A stretch of 64,000 nt of DNA from contig JAFGTD010000152.1 of assembly GCA_016934295.1 (NCBI GenBank), forward strand, positions 19,624-83,623, read 5' to 3'. The DNA comes from Acidobacteriota bacterium (GTDB lineage: Bacteria; Acidobacteriota; UBA6911). Of the stretch, positions 27,985 to 38,574 are shown in pieces; position 1 is the stretch's first letter; the number at the start of each line of letters is the position of its first letter. The notes beneath the pieces were generated by a model. It had not been told where the DNA came from. It saw only the letters and a program-made list of their open reading frames with translations, and searched no databases. A program made the position numbers and the translations under genes.

Positions 27985-29403
27985 ATGCAGGCTATTTCAA
28001 GGAGGTGGAGATTGCCGACTAAAAAATTATGGGGGGGACGTTTTTCCTCCGAGGAAGATCCTTTCTTTTCCGACTTCAACCGGTCTCTCCCTTTCGACAG
28101 CGAGTTGCTCGAAGTGGACATCCTTGGCAGCCTCGCATATGCCCGCGCCTTGGAACGGGCCGGCGTATTCAACCGCCGCGAAAGATTATCGGTGGAAAAG
28201 GGACTGCGCGGTGTCTTGAAGGACCACCTGCGCAATCCCGGCTTTATTGAGGAAAGCCGGGCTGAAGACGTCCATACCTATGTAGAGCAGGCCCTGACCG
28301 GAAAAGTAGGCGCTCTTGCGCTTAAACTGCACACAGGGAGAAGTCGCAACGATCAGGTGGCGACCGACCTTCGGCTTTATCTTCTTCAAAAAGAATCCGG
28401 GATTGAAAAGAGGATACTGGCCCTGCTCCATACACTGGCCGATCTAGCGGATGAATATCTCGGGGTGATCCTGCCTGGATATACCCATCTTCAGAGAGCG
28501 CAACCCGTGCTTTTCTCCCATTACCTGTTGTCGTATGCGGAAATGCTGCTTCGGGATCTCGAGCGGCTTGGAGATGCAAAGAGCCGAACCGATGTCTGCC
28601 CGCTGGGGTCCGGGGCTCTTTCGGGGACGGTCTATAATATCGACCGTAAAGCGCTGGCCCACGATCTTGGATTTTCGACCGTTTCGGGCAATAGTATGGA
28701 TGCGGTTTCCGATCGCGATTTTGTTCTCGATTTTCTCTTTTTTGCATGCACCCTCCAGATACACCTGAGCCGTCTTTCGGAGGATTTTATCCTGTACAAC
28801 TCCGGAGAATTCTCTTTTTTACAGATGGATGACAGTGTGGCTTCGGGGAGCAGCCTGATGCCGCAGAAAAAAAATCCCGACGCCCTGGAACTGGTCCGCT
28901 CCAAAACCGGTCGAACGCTCGGCCATCTGGTCTCGCTCATGACGGTCCTGAAGGGCACACCCATGACCTATAACAAGGACCTCCAGGAAGACAAGGAGGG
29001 ATTATTCGACGCCATTAAAACAACGGAAGACTGCCTGCATATGGTTCAACTTGTTCTCGAAAGAGTGCACCTCAATCCACAACGGATGCAGGAGTCGGCA
29101 ACCCAGGGCTACCTGAATGCGACCGAACTCGCGGACTACCTTGTCGCAAAAAACATGCCTTTCCGTGAAGCGCACAGCCTGATAGGAAAAATTGTAGTCC
29201 GGGCTTCCGAATTGGGGCTTACGCTGGAAGAATTACCCATTCGGGAATACCAGAGCTTCTCTCCCCTCTTTGAGGAGGACCTGTATGGTTGCCTGGATCT
29301 GAAAAAAGCAGTCGCCCGCAGGAAAGAACTGGGCGGAACCTCCCCCGCAACCGTTAAAAAAGCGATAAGAACATTGAGAAGGAAGATACAGAAATACAGA
29401 TAG
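27985..29403 (+). CDS. argH: Argininosuccinate lyase
   Basis: LWGGRFS N-terminal motif and a fumarase/ASL fold throughout. The start is either the ATG at 27985 or the TTG at 28012, which has a perfect AAGGAGGTG Shine-Dalgarno sequence 6 nt upstream. The ORF track extends spuriously to 27817. Confidence 0.9.
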   Translation: MQAISRRWRLPTKKLWGGRFSSEEDPFFSDFNRSLPFDSELLEVDILGSLAYARALERAGVFNRRERLSVEKGLRGVLKDHLRNPGFIEESRAEDVHTYVEQALTGKVGALALKLHTGRSRNDQVATDLRLYLLQKESGIEKRILALLHTLADLADEYLGVILPGYTHLQRAQPVLFSHYLLSYAEMLLRDLERLGDAKSRTDVCPLGSGALSGTVYNIDRKALAHDLGFSTVSGNSMDAVSDRDFVLDFLFFACTLQIHLSRLSEDFILYNSGEFSFLQMDDSVASGSSLMPQKKNPDALELVRSKTGRTLGHLVSLMTVLKGTPMTYNKDLQEDKEGLFDAIKTTEDCLHMVQLVLERVHLNPQRMQESATQGYLNATELADYLVAKNMPFREAHSLIGKIVVRASELGLTLEELPIREYQSFSPLFEEDLYGCLDLKKAVARRKELGGTSPATVKKAIRTLRRKIQKYR

Positions 29404-29650
29404 ACACTTCATCGAACGTACTAACGTGCGAACGTACTAACGTGCGAACGTGGGATGACGGGATGGGCTTATTGATTGAACGAAATCGGCATGTCTTCAT
29501 ACCTGTAACTCTTTGGGAATGCGGAGCGAGTCTCGGTCACGGATGAATGGGGCGGGGCAGGTAGGAGCGTTTGAAAGTACTAACGTGCTAACGTTAAAAC
29601 CAACTACATTGTGTTCGGGTTTATGACGGATGAATGGCAAAGGAGATGAG
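29404..29650. repeat. Left repeat array of the argH-speA islet: two inverted copies of a composite unit (AACGT repeats at 8-bp phase plus a GGTGACGGATGAATGG-like submotif)
   Basis: 29411-29458 reads (CG)AACGTACTAACGTGCGAACGTACTAACGTGCGAACGTGGGATGACGG, the reverse complement of the right-side unit. Further copies lie at 29536-29562, 29576-29597 and 29622-29640. Confidence 0.7.
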
Positions 29651-29714
29651 TACCGCCAGCATATTTTATCTTTCCGGTAACTGAATTAATTTGCCTCCTT
29701 TCTTTCTATATAAT

Positions 29715-30314
29715 CTATTCATATTGTAGGTGTACGTTTTTAAAACCGTTTATTCTCAACATTTTAAAAAATTCTTCTGAGGGAGTGTCCCTAACTTGAA
29801 GTTGAAGAATTACGCATGAAACGCACTCAGTTTTAGAGCGGATCCAATTCTCTAATTGCGGATAGTTCATATTTCTGCCATCAACAATAAATGTATCAAT
29901 TCCCAAAACCCTTATTGGTGCAAGATGTTGCCCTCTGATTGGATTATTGCTAGCAAAATCAAACCAAACAGTAATGATTCCTGACATTTTATAAGTATTT
30001 TCATTATCTGTAAGCGGCAAAAACTTCCACGTATTGATGTAATTTACAGCGCTTTCATTTAAAAAAGAATGTCCTGCAATGATGTTTGTTTTCTCTACGA
30101 TACCGTTTTCGTTAATTACAACAGATAAGATTACTCGTCCTGGAATTTTTGGCTTCCCGATATCAGGATATTGAAGTTCACCTTTTTCAATCACACGATC
30201 AAGCAGAAATTCCTCAGTAACATATTCCGTATTGAACGCAAGTGTTGATGTAACAAATAACGAACAAAATGCAATGAATATCATGAAGGCTTTCATCCTC
30301 ATGCCTTTCCACAT
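29715..30314 (-). CDS. Hypothetical secreted protein (signal peptide; weak resemblance to a TonB C-terminal-like fold) in an AT-rich islet
   Basis: 199-aa ORF, about one-third GC by eye against roughly 50% in the flanks. N-terminus MKAFMIFIAFCSLFVTSTLA; the likely start is at 30296. The middle region (YPDIGKPKIPGRVILSVVINENGIVEKTNIIAGHSFLNESAVNYINTWKFLP) is reminiscent of TonB_C. Confidence 0.45.
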   Translation of the reverse strand: MWKGMRMKAFMIFIAFCSLFVTSTLAFNTEYVTEEFLLDRVIEKGELQYPDIGKPKIPGRVILSVVINENGIVEKTNIIAGHSFLNESAVNYINTWKFLPLTDNENTYKMSGIITVWFDFASNNPIRGQHLAPIRVLGIDTFIVDGRNMNYPQLENWIRSKTECVSCVILQLQVRDTPSEEFFKMLRINGFKNVHLQYE

Positions 30315-30371
30315 GAATGATTATAATATTCCTATACCCCCTATTCCGGGCAAGGGCAATTAAAAAGACAT

Positions 30372-30810
30372 AATGTTTTCGGCAATCATATGAAGAGCTG
30401 CATCATAGAGCGTTCTCACATTCATACGTTAGCTCACGAAAGAGTGATTTATTCCGTGATAGATACCCCGCCATTTATCCGTCACCGGATCTCACCCCAC
30501 CTTTCCAGGCAGCAACAACTACAACGACATATCGATTTCGGCAATCAGGGAACGAACTCCGTCATCCCACGTTCGCACGTTAGTACGTTCACACGTTAGC
30601 ACGTTCGCACGTTTTACGTTAAAAGTTAGAACGTTTGCCCCACTCATGAACCGGCCCTCCGCCATTCATCCATCACCGGACCTCACTCTTTATTCCCAGA
30701 TAGATACAATTATAAATATAAACCGATTTCGGCAATCAGGGAACGAACTCCGTCATCCCACGTTCGCACGTTAGTACGTTCACACGTTAGCACGTTAATC
30801 GTTAAAGATA
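30372..30810. repeat. Right repeat array of the islet: three direct, diverging copies of a roughly 100-190-bp unit containing ACGTT at exact 8-bp phasing
   Basis: Copies at about 30372-30500, 30527-30690 and 30722-30810. ATTTCGGCAATCAGGGAACGAACTCCGTCATCCCACGTTCGCACGTTAGTACGTTCACACGTTAGCACGTT is duplicated almost perfectly. ACGTT starts at 30569, 30577, 30585, 30593, 30601, 30609, 30616 and 30631. Confidence 0.75.
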
Positions 30811-30834
30811 TAAAAGTTCCAACGCTCGAGGGCT

Positions 30835-32751
30835 CTACTCTTCCAAATAGGTGTAGCTTCCTAAAGTAGTTTGGAAGGATTCGCAGTAAGAATCCAGTTC
30901 CTCTTTTGTAATCTTCGATTGATTTTCCGCGTTCCGGGCCATGGTGCGGAAGTTCTCGACCAGATTCTGCTCGCTGTAGCCGGCGGATTCCAGAACCTGT
31001 CCCAGCGTTTCTCCGCGGACTATTTTGTCGATATGAGGTTTGCCGGAATCGTCAATGAGAAAATGGGCCTCGTTTGCAGAGCCCAGAAGGTTGTGGTTCA
31101 TGCCGAGCGATTCCTGATAGGCTCCGATCAGGAAAATCGCCAGAAAATAGGGTTCGTCGTTGACGCCGTGAAGCTCCAGTGCCTGCTTAACATCCCGCAG
31201 GTCGACGAATTTATCGATCTGCCCGTCGGAATCGCAGGTAATATCGCAAAGGGTCGCCCGTTCCGTAGGCTCTTCCGTAAGGCGTGTAATCGGTATGATC
31301 GGGAAAAGCTGGTCTAATGCCCAGCTGTCCGGAGTGGACTGAAATACTGAAAAATTGCAGATATATTTACTGGCCAGGATGTTCTCCAGATCGATGAACT
31401 CCTCGGGGCGTTCTTTCATGGAACGTGAAAATTTAATGGCTTTTCTGCAAATCTGCCAGAACAGCCACTCGCCCTGGGCTCGGTTTTGCAGGTTCAGATA
31501 TCCCAGATTGAAAAGGGATTGAAGCTCTTCGCGATTCTGGAGAGCATCATGGTAGTATTCACGAAAATTCTTTGGATTAATTTCCTTGTAAAGGTCCGTC
31601 ATCTCCTCGACGACTTCGGAATCAACCTTTGAAGGATTGATCATTGTGCCGCCCAGACCGGGATTCAGGGTTCGTATTACATTGGTAATAAAAAGCGCGT
31701 GATGGGCGGCTACCGCGCGCCCGCTTTCAGTCACAATCGTCGGTGGCGGCACATTTTCCGATTCGCAGATCTCGTTTATAGTATAGACAATATCATTGGC
31801 AAATTCCTGCATACTGTAGTTTACGCTACAGTCCGAAGCCGTCCGGCTGCCGTCGTAATCCACACCGAGTCCGCCCCCTACATTAAGGAATCCTATCGGG
31901 AATCCCATTTTATATACTTTTGCATACACCCGGGCCGCTTCTTTTATCGCATTCTTGATTCTTCTTATATCGGTAATCTGGGAGCCGATGTGAAAGTGAA
32001 GCATCCTGAGCCGGCGGGCCAGGCCCTCATCCGAAAGCAGTTTGAGGCAATCCAGGAGCTGAATGGTGTTTATTCCGAATTTGGAGGTTTCTCCGCCCGA
32101 TTCTTCCCATTTTCCGGCCCCGCGCGAAAACACCCGTACACGCACGCCCAGGTCGGGACTCACACCCAGCGCAGAGGATACCTCGGTTATCTTCTTGAGG
32201 TCGTTTACTTCCTCAATAATTAAGATTGGATTTTTGCCGATTTTTGAAGCCTGAATCGCCCATTCCAGGTATTTACGGTCTTTGACTCCATTGCAGATTA
32301 ATAGAGCTTTCGAGTGAAGGGACATTGTCAGTGCTGCGGCCAGTTCGGCCTTTGTACCCACTTCCACACCGTATTCGTATCGATGCCCCGCGGCCATCAG
32401 GCGTTCCACGACACTGCGCTTCTGGTTCACCTTCATCGGGAAAACAGCCCGATGCTGGGCGGTGTAATTATACTCCGCTATGGAATTGCGAAAGGCTTCG
32501 TGCAGCTCCTTAATCTGGGTGTCGAGAATCTGGGGAAAGCGCAGCAGGTATGGAGGCGGAACTTTGCGCTGCAGGAGAGCCTGAACCAGGGAAACAATTT
32601 CAACTCCCATCAAGGGATTTTTGGTTGGATGAACCGTTAAACAACCCTGCTCACTGACATCGAAATAACCGCCGCCCCAATTGTCCACGCCATAAATACG
32701 GTTTGGAATTTCGCTTGGAGAAAGTCGGAGGCTTTGGGTAAATTCTTTCAT
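30835..32751 (-). CDS. speA: Biosynthetic arginine decarboxylase
   Basis: The SpeA family is recognisable over the full length. The probable start is the ATG at 32751 (MKEFTQ...), which has a GGAGGGTG Shine-Dalgarno sequence. The ORF track extends to 32793. Confidence 0.9.
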   Translation of the reverse strand: MKEFTQSLRLSPSEIPNRIYGVDNWGGGYFDVSEQGCLTVHPTKNPLMGVEIVSLVQALLQRKVPPPYLLRFPQILDTQIKELHEAFRNSIAEYNYTAQHRAVFPMKVNQKRSVVERLMAAGHRYEYGVEVGTKAELAAALTMSLHSKALLICNGVKDRKYLEWAIQASKIGKNPILIIEEVNDLKKITEVSSALGVSPDLGVRVRVFSRGAGKWEESGGETSKFGINTIQLLDCLKLLSDEGLARRLRMLHFHIGSQITDIRRIKNAIKEAARVYAKVYKMGFPIGFLNVGGGLGVDYDGSRTASDCSVNYSMQEFANDIVYTINEICESENVPPPTIVTESGRAVAAHHALFITNVIRTLNPGLGGTMINPSKVDSEVVEEMTDLYKEINPKNFREYYHDALQNREELQSLFNLGYLNLQNRAQGEWLFWQICRKAIKFSRSMKERPEEFIDLENILASKYICNFSVFQSTPDSWALDQLFPIIPITRLTEEPTERATLCDITCDSDGQIDKFVDLRDVKQALELHGVNDEPYFLAIFLIGAYQESLGMNHNLLGSANEAHFLIDDSGKPHIDKIVRGETLGQVLESAGYSEQNLVENFRTMARNAENQSKITKEELDSYCESFQTTLGSYTYLEE

Positions 32752-32817
32752 TGGTACAAGCACCCTCCATTTGCCAAACCTTTGAGGTAACAAATCACGG
32801 ATTCATCTATTCAGCCG

Positions 32818-33381
32818 TCAGGATTTTACCCGCTCCTGGTATTTTCCTTCGCCGGTGTCGACGCGGATAAGCTCCCCTTCATTAATAAATGGCGGCACTT
32901 GAATCACCAGCCCGGTTTCCAGGGTAGCCGGCTTTGTAACGTTGCTCACTGTGGCCCCACGAAGCGCCGGTTCCGTGGATACAACCCTGAGTTCTACGGA
33001 AGTGGGCAGTGTCACGCCGATCGCATTCCCTTCGAAAAATTCAACCTGCAGCTTTATATTCGGAATAAGGTACGGGATGGACTCTTCAAGAAGATTGGCA
33101 GGCAAATGAAACTGGTCAAATGTCTCCGTATTCATGAAGTAGTAGTCGCCCCCGTCCGAGTAAAGAAATTCAACCTCGTGGTATTCAAGATAGGCCTGCT
33201 CAACGCGATCATCCGAGCGGAATCGATGCTCGATTATCGCTCCGGTCTTCAATGACTTCAATTTAGTCTGGACAAAACCGTGCCCTTTCCCGGGCGTCAA
33301 ATGCTGATATGAAAAAACGCGGTAAAGCTCATCGTTCAGCTTAATAGCCATTCCCTTCTTGATTTGTGTTGCAGAAATCAT
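32818..33381 (-). CDS. efp: Elongation factor P
   Basis: 187 aa. KOW/OB domains with a lysine-type modification loop (TPGKGHGF). Confidence 0.9.
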   Translation of the reverse strand: MISATQIKKGMAIKLNDELYRVFSYQHLTPGKGHGFVQTKLKSLKTGAIIEHRFRSDDRVEQAYLEYHEVEFLYSDGGDYYFMNTETFDQFHLPANLLEESIPYLIPNIKLQVEFFEGNAIGVTLPTSVELRVVSTEPALRGATVSNVTKPATLETGLVIQVPPFINEGELIRVDTGEGKYQERVKS

Positions 33382-33682
33382 TCCAGTAACCCCATTTCGA
33401 TTGCGAAATAAATACTTTAAGCCTTAACCCGCATTTCAGGTCGCCGGTATTATGAGAGCGCCCGCCTATCCGACATGGCGCTTTCTGCGTTTCCGTGGTC
33501 GCACCGTATCGGAATTCAGGATTAAGCAAAGCCTGTAATCCGGCTTCCCTGCATCCGGATTGATTGATCTCAGGGTATCGGTAGATATCTTGTACTGACC
33601 GATACGTAGATCGAAATTTTAATAAAATGGACAGCAATACAGGCAGCAGGCTTAATTAAGAGCCGTGATGTATTATGAAGTT

Positions 33683-34240
33683 TCAGATCTCAAGAATTTC
33701 GTTTTCTTTATTTTTCTGAAGTTCTCCGATCTGCTCAATGTACTTGTCTGTTATTTCCTGGACTTTCTTAAGCCCATCCCGTTCTTCGTCCTCGGAAATT
33801 TCTTTCTTTTTCAAAAACGATTTCAACTGATCGTTCGCCTCGTGTCGCACCTGACGAATCGCCACCCTGTGCTGCTCTCCTATCTGCGACACCGATTTGG
33901 CCAGTTGTTGACGTCGTTCCTGAGTAAGGGGCGGTATCGGAAGTCGTATTACCTTCCCATCGTTAGTGGGCGTCAAGCCGAGATCGGACGCGAGGATCGC
34001 CTTTTCAATCACGGATATTGTAGAAGGATCCCACGGCTGGATCACTATTAACGCGGGCTCGGGAGTTGAGAGAGAGGCCATTTGATTCAGGGGCGTCGGC
34101 GTTCCGTAATAATTGGCCTGAATATGGTCCAGTATGTTGATTGAAGCCCGGCCGGTCCGGATCGTAGCCAGGTTTTGCCTCATATCGTCCACGCATTTTT
34201 CCATACCCTTTTTGGTGGTATCGAGTGTATCTCGGATCAT
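33683..34240 (-). CDS. frr: Ribosome recycling factor
   Basis: RRF family. The probable start is the Met at 34240 (MIRDTLD...). Confidence 0.9.
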   Translation of the reverse strand: MIRDTLDTTKKGMEKCVDDMRQNLATIRTGRASINILDHIQANYYGTPTPLNQMASLSTPEPALIVIQPWDPSTISVIEKAILASDLGLTPTNDGKVIRLPIPPLTQERRQQLAKSVSQIGEQHRVAIRQVRHEANDQLKSFLKKKEISEDEERDGLKKVQEITDKYIEQIGELQKNKENEILEI

Positions 34241-34291
34241 GAAATCTAACCTCCTGTTTGCGGAGCGCACTCTCGTGAAGAGACGGTCGCA

Positions 34292-35026
34292 CTACGATTG
34301 AATAACGGATCCCACATTCAAGCCCAAAACAGCATCCTTTATATTCCCATGACGCAGCAGGTTGAAAACTATGATAGGCATTCCGTTCTCCATACAAAGC
34401 GTAACAGCCGTTGTATCCATGACCTTCAATCCTTTAGCCAACACTTCCTGATAGGTAAGCGTGTCAAACTGTCTGGCCGAAGGATTTTGCATAGGGTCCG
34501 AATCGTAAATTCCATCCACCTTGGTGGCTTTGAAAATGGCATCCGCGCCGATTTCCATCGCTCGAAGGGCTGCTGCGGTATCTGTTGAAAAGTATGGATT
34601 TCCCGTACCTGCAGCGAAAATGACAACGCGTCCTTTTTCAAGATGCCTGATGGCGCGGCGTCTTATAAACGGTTCCGCGATTTCCTTCATTTCAATGGCG
34701 GACTGAACCCGCGTAAAGACAGAGCGTTTCTCGAGTGCATTCTGAAGTGCAAGGGCGTTTATCACCGTAGCCAGCATGCCCATATAGTCCCCGCTGACAC
34801 GATCCATCCCCGCTTCGCTAACGGAAATTCCCCGTATGATATTTCCGCCTCCGACGGTTGCCGCGACCTGTACACCGATTGTATGGAGTTCGGAAATCTC
34901 TTCGGCGATACGGTCGGCCATTGCCGGATCGACACCAAAACCCTGGCCACCCATTAAAGCTTCGCCGCTCAGCTTCAGCAGCACTCTCTGGTATTTTGGT
35001 TTTGCTTCAGTGCGATTCGATTCCAT
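34292..35026 (-). CDS. pyrH: UMP kinase
   Basis: [11 protein letters not shown]-terminal motif and an amino-acid kinase fold. Confidence 0.9.
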   Translation of the reverse strand: MESNRTEAKPKYQRVLLKLSGEALMGGQGFGVDPAMADRIAEEISELHTIGVQVAATVGGGNIIRGISVSEAGMDRVSGDYMGMLATVINALALQNALEKRSVFTRVQSAIEMKEIAEPFIRRRAIRHLEKGRVVIFAAGTGNPYFSTDTAAALRAMEIGADAIFKATKVDGIYDSDPMQNPSARQFDTLTYQEVLAKGLKVMDTTAVTLCMENGMPIIVFNLLRHGNIKDAVLGLNVGSVIQS

Positions 35027-35269
35027 CCGACCTCCTGGAAGAGCCGAGGCGTGCCGTCAATAACCGAAATGGGCATCAGTCAATTGAGGGAACGTCCGGA
35101 CCGGATATATTCCCCTGCGGGGTTGTGCCGCACAACCTGAAAATAGACCGTCTGCCTGGATTCCCACTCATGGGTATCGAAAAACCGGGGCTTGAACCGC
35201 TTCTGTGAAAATACTGTTCAGCCGATCCGACAGCATACAAGTGGAATTGCGATTCAAGAAAACAGGCGT

Positions 35270-35860
35270 TTATTCTCCGAGTTTATATCGGACAAAACGG
35301 CGCACCTGGATGTTTTCTCCTATCTTCTGAATATGCGCTGCAATGTGTTCACGCACACTGATTGAGGAGTCCTTCACAAAAGGTTGTTCCAACAGGCATA
35401 CTTCGGAATAAAACTTTGATAGGCGCCCTTCCACGATTTTTTCCAGTACATTCTCCGGTTTCCCGCTATTCCGCGCCTGTTCGAGAAAGATTTCCCGCTC
35501 CCCGGCTAGAACATCTTCAGTTACATCCTCTTTATTGACGAATCGTGGTTCGCTTGCCGCGATATGCATCGCCAGATCTTTGGCCAGGATCTGAAAATCG
35601 GGATTCCGAGCTACAAAATCGGTTTCACAGTTCAGCTCGACCATGACGCCAATTTTGCCGTTATGCACATATGTGCCGATTAAACCGTCCTTGGTTTCGC
35701 GACCGGATTTCTTGGCAAGAGACGCAAGACCCCGCTTGCGAAGAATTTTTATGGCCTCTTCTATATCCCCGTTCGCTTCCTGCAGTGCGCCTTTGCATTC
35801 CATAAAACCGACACCGGTTTTTTCCCTCAGTTCCTTCACAAGATTAGCGGATACGGCCAT
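35270..35860 (-). CDS. tsf: Elongation factor Ts (short form)
   Basis: N-terminal UBA-like [20 protein letters not shown] and the TDFVARN motif. Confidence 0.9.
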   Translation of the reverse strand: MAVSANLVKELREKTGVGFMECKGALQEANGDIEEAIKILRKRGLASLAKKSGRETKDGLIGTYVHNGKIGVMVELNCETDFVARNPDFQILAKDLAMHIAASEPRFVNKEDVTEDVLAGEREIFLEQARNSGKPENVLEKIVEGRLSKFYSEVCLLEQPFVKDSSISVREHIAAHIQKIGENIQVRRFVRYKLGE

Positions 35861-35998
35861 GGTATATCTCCTCGCTTCTATTCTCTTCGCTCGATGAACC
35901 CGGGATCGACTGTTTCGAGCAGAAGTGGAATAAACTTCCGCCCGGAAGCATGGATAATCCTCGGAAATTCTTTATAGAAAACTGCAGCAAAACATCGG

Positions 35999-37159
35999 CT
36001 AGCTTTCCTGACCGGTCGTCGAAGTTTTCCCCGGATCTTCCGACTTAGCGTCCTTCACTTCGGTCGGCTCTTCCTTTTCTTCTTCTGACTTTACGTCCTT
36101 TGCAGGATCGGCCGGTGCAGATTCCGCCGGTGCAGGATCGGCTGGTGCAGATTCCACCGGTGCAGGATCGGCCGGTGCAGATTCCGCCGGGGTTGCCGCG
36201 ACCTCGGTCTTTTTGGTTTTAGCTTTGCGCTGCAGTGTTTTTCGCATGGTAGTTTTTGGCTTAGCAGCGGATTCCGCGGCGCCCGCATTTTCGTCTGCAG
36301 AGGAACCCTGACCATCGGGAACAGTGGCTGCATCCGTTTGATCGGTTGCCGGCGCTTTCGTATCTGCAGCCGCGGCGGCCGCTTTTTCAGCAGCTTCTCG
36401 AGCGGCGGCAGCCTGCTTTGCCTGGATCTGGCGCTGTTTTTCCATTTGTTCCGCCAGTTCCTTTTGCTGTGCTTCGTATACGGCCTTGCCGTCCAGATAT
36501 GCCTGGGCGATTGTATCCGTAATCAGCCGGATAGCCCGCAGGGCATCATCGTTGCCCGGAATGATATAGTCGATTTCATCCGGATCGCAGTTGGTGTCGG
36601 CCACGCCGACTACCGGAATTCCCAGCTTGACCGCCTCTTTAATCGCGATGGTTTCAAGTTTAGTATCAATCACGAAAAGCGCGTCCGGCAATCCGGTCAT
36701 ATCCTTGATGCCGGAGAGGTTTTTCTCGAGCTTTTTTCTTTCCCGCTCGTAACGCGCCACCTCTTTTTTGGAAAAAAGATCGTATTGCCCGTTACTACGC
36801 ATGGTCTCCAGTTCGCGGAACCGTTTAATGCTTTTCTGTATCGTAACGAAATTGGTGAGAAGTCCTCCCAACCACCTCTGATTTACGTAGTAGGTCGATG
36901 TCTTTTGCGCAGCTTCCTGAATGGCTTCCTGCGCCTGCCGCTTCGTACCTAAAAACAGGATGGTTTTCCCCTGGCTTCCCAGATCGTACATGAATTGAAT
37001 TGCGCTCTTGAACAGCCTGATGCTTTTCTGCAAATCAATAATGTATATGCCGTTTCTCTGCCCGAAGATATATTCTTTCATCTTCGGATTCCAGCGTTTT
37101 GTCTGGTGGCCGAAGTGGACTCCTGCCTCCAGCAATTGCTTCATGGTTATCGAAACCAA
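35999..37159 (-). CDS. rpsB: 30S ribosomal protein S2 with a roughly 135-aa low-complexity C-terminal extension
   Basis: TTG start at 37159 with a GAGGAGGT Shine-Dalgarno sequence. The N-terminus (V)[25 protein letters not shown] matches S2. The C-terminal tail is rich in A/E/K/P and contains [10 protein letters not shown] repeats. Confidence 0.9.
   Translation of the reverse strand: MVSITMKQLLEAGVHFGHQTKRWNPKMKEYIFGQRNGIYIIDLQKSIRLFKSAIQFMYDLGSQGKTILFLGTKRQAQEAIQEAAQKTSTYYVNQRWLGGLLTNFVTIQKSIKRFRELETMRSNGQYDLFSKKEVARYERERKKLEKNLSGIKDMTGLPDALFVIDTKLETIAIKEAVKLGIPVVGVADTNCDPDEIDYIIPGNDDALRAIRLITDTIAQAYLDGKAVYEAQQKELAEQMEKQRQIQAKQAAAAREAAEKAAAAAADTKAPATDQTDAATVPDGQGSSADENAGAAESAAKPKTTMRKTLQRKAKTKKTEVAATPAESAPADPAPVESAPADPAPAESAPADPAKDVKSEEEKEEPTEVKDAKSEDPGKTSTTGQES
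36101..36190. repeat. 3x 30-bp perfect or near-perfect tandem repeat inside the rpsB 3' extension
   Basis: TGCAGGATCGGCCGGTGCAGATTCCGCCGG repeated three times, with two substitutions. It encodes the ([10 protein letters not shown])3 segment. Confidence 0.8.
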
Positions 37160-37175
37160 CTAGAACCTCCTCAGG

Positions 37176-37568
37176 CTACCTCTTCGAGAATTGGAATCTC
37201 TTACGAGCCCCTTTCTGTCCGTATTTCTTTCTTTCCTTTATGCGCGAATCTCGGCGTAGCAGACCGGCCTTTTTTAACTTGGGTCGCAGTTCCGTATTGA
37301 ACTGCAGTAACGCATTCGCGATTCCAAGCCGTATGGCGCCCGCCTGACCGGAAGTTCCCCCACCGTCCACAAGGGCACGGATATCGAACTTGCCTAATGT
37401 ATCTGTAACGGCCATTGGGTAACGGATTATCGTTCGCTGTGTCTCGCCCTTGAAATATTCGTCCAGGTTACGTTTGTTGACAGTTACCTGTCCCTCGCCG
37501 GGAATAAGACGCACGCGAGCGGTTGAGCTTTTTCTTTTCCCCGTTCCGTAATATTCAACTATCGCCAT
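37176..37568 (-). CDS. rpsI: 30S ribosomal protein S9
   Basis: The C-terminal ...[11 protein letters not shown] is diagnostic for S9. The ATG at 37568 is preceded by GAGGA. The track ORF starts 12 nt earlier at a TTG. Confidence 0.9.
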   Translation of the reverse strand: MAIVEYYGTGKRKSSTARVRLIPGEGQVTVNKRNLDEYFKGETQRTIIRYPMAVTDTLGKFDIRALVDGGGTSGQAGAIRLGIANALLQFNTELRPKLKKAGLLRRDSRIKERKKYGQKGARKRFQFSKR

Positions 37569-37615
37569 TAAAATCCTCAACTTGCTTCACAATGAAAAGC
37601 AATCGGCTTGTGTGA

Positions 37616-38044
37616 TTATAAAGCCAACGCCGTAGGTTGCTGGGCCTGGTGCGGATGCTCCGGGCCTTTATATACCTTCAGTTTCTTTCTCATGGATCTG
37701 CCCAGTTTGGTCTTAGGCAGCATCCCGAAAATGGCATCACGTACCAGTCTGTCCGGGTGTTTTTCCAGAAGCGCGCCGGCAGTAATTTCCTTCAATCCAC
37801 CGGGATATCCGCTATGGTGGCGGTACTTTTTATCCTCTAATTTATTGCCAGTCAGTTTGATCTTCTCGGCATTAATTACAATTACGTGGTCTCCGGTATC
37901 AAGAAAAGGAGTGTATACCGGTTTATCCTTGCCCGTTAAGAGCCTGGCGGCACGCGCGGCAAGTCTCCCGAGAACCTGCCCTTCCGCGTCAATTACGTGC
38001 CATTTTTTCTGCATATCCTCTTTGCAGGGGATAATACTCTTCAT
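37616..38044 (-). CDS. rplM: 50S ribosomal protein L13
   Basis: N-terminus [29 protein letters not shown] matches L13. Confidence 0.9.
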   Translation of the reverse strand: MKSIIPCKEDMQKKWHVIDAEGQVLGRLAARAARLLTGKDKPVYTPFLDTGDHVIVINAEKIKLTGNKLEDKKYRHHSGYPGGLKEITAGALLEKHPDRLVRDAIFGMLPKTKLGRSMRKKLKVYKGPEHPHQAQQPTALAL

Positions 38045-38574
38045 TACTCTCTCCCTCTTTAAACTACCAAGTAGAACAATCCCTTAGGCTATCCAAGACA
38101 CGTGTAAGTGTCAAGAAGAATTGACATTATAATACACCGGTATTTTGGCGGATTTAATAAAGAAGTGGTGAAAAACCGGGCAATTTAATGCAGGGCGGAC
38201 CACACCCTCAACGTGCACCAATCCTTAAATCTTTTCCAGCCTGGTACTTTTCTCTCCTGAACCGCGTAACTCCTTTTCGCGGTTTACCCGTCCTTCGTTC
38301 GGGCTTGAGGGATAATTTTAAAACTCCGAAGCAAATATTACAAATGAAACATGACCGTTCTTTAAAGAAATTGAATATTTAAGGATTCGTGACGCGTGTC
38401 ACTTCGGAAATTAAGAAAAAACGCAATATGATTCTCAACAAGACGATAAGGCTTACAGGGAACAGGCACGAACTTGCTGTTTCATTGGAATTACAAAAAT
38501 GAATCGTGACTTTCTGAAAAAAATGTTTCTCTTAAAAATTTACGAAAAATAACGAAGAAACCGGCGCAAACATT

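Noticed and set aside
29404-30834. An integron cassette with attC sites, or an IS element
   Set aside because: There is no intI or transposase ORF in or near the islet. The repeats lack the GTTRRRY / RYYYAAC core pair and are too long and too iterative for attC. No clear terminal inverted repeats with target-site duplications were seen. I treat it as an uncharacterised repeat-flanked islet instead.
33341-33637. 98-aa minus-strand ORF overlapping the efp start and upstream region
   Set aside because: It overlaps the efp 5' end in another frame and has no Shine-Dalgarno sequence or similarity to anything. It is probably promoter or leader sequence.
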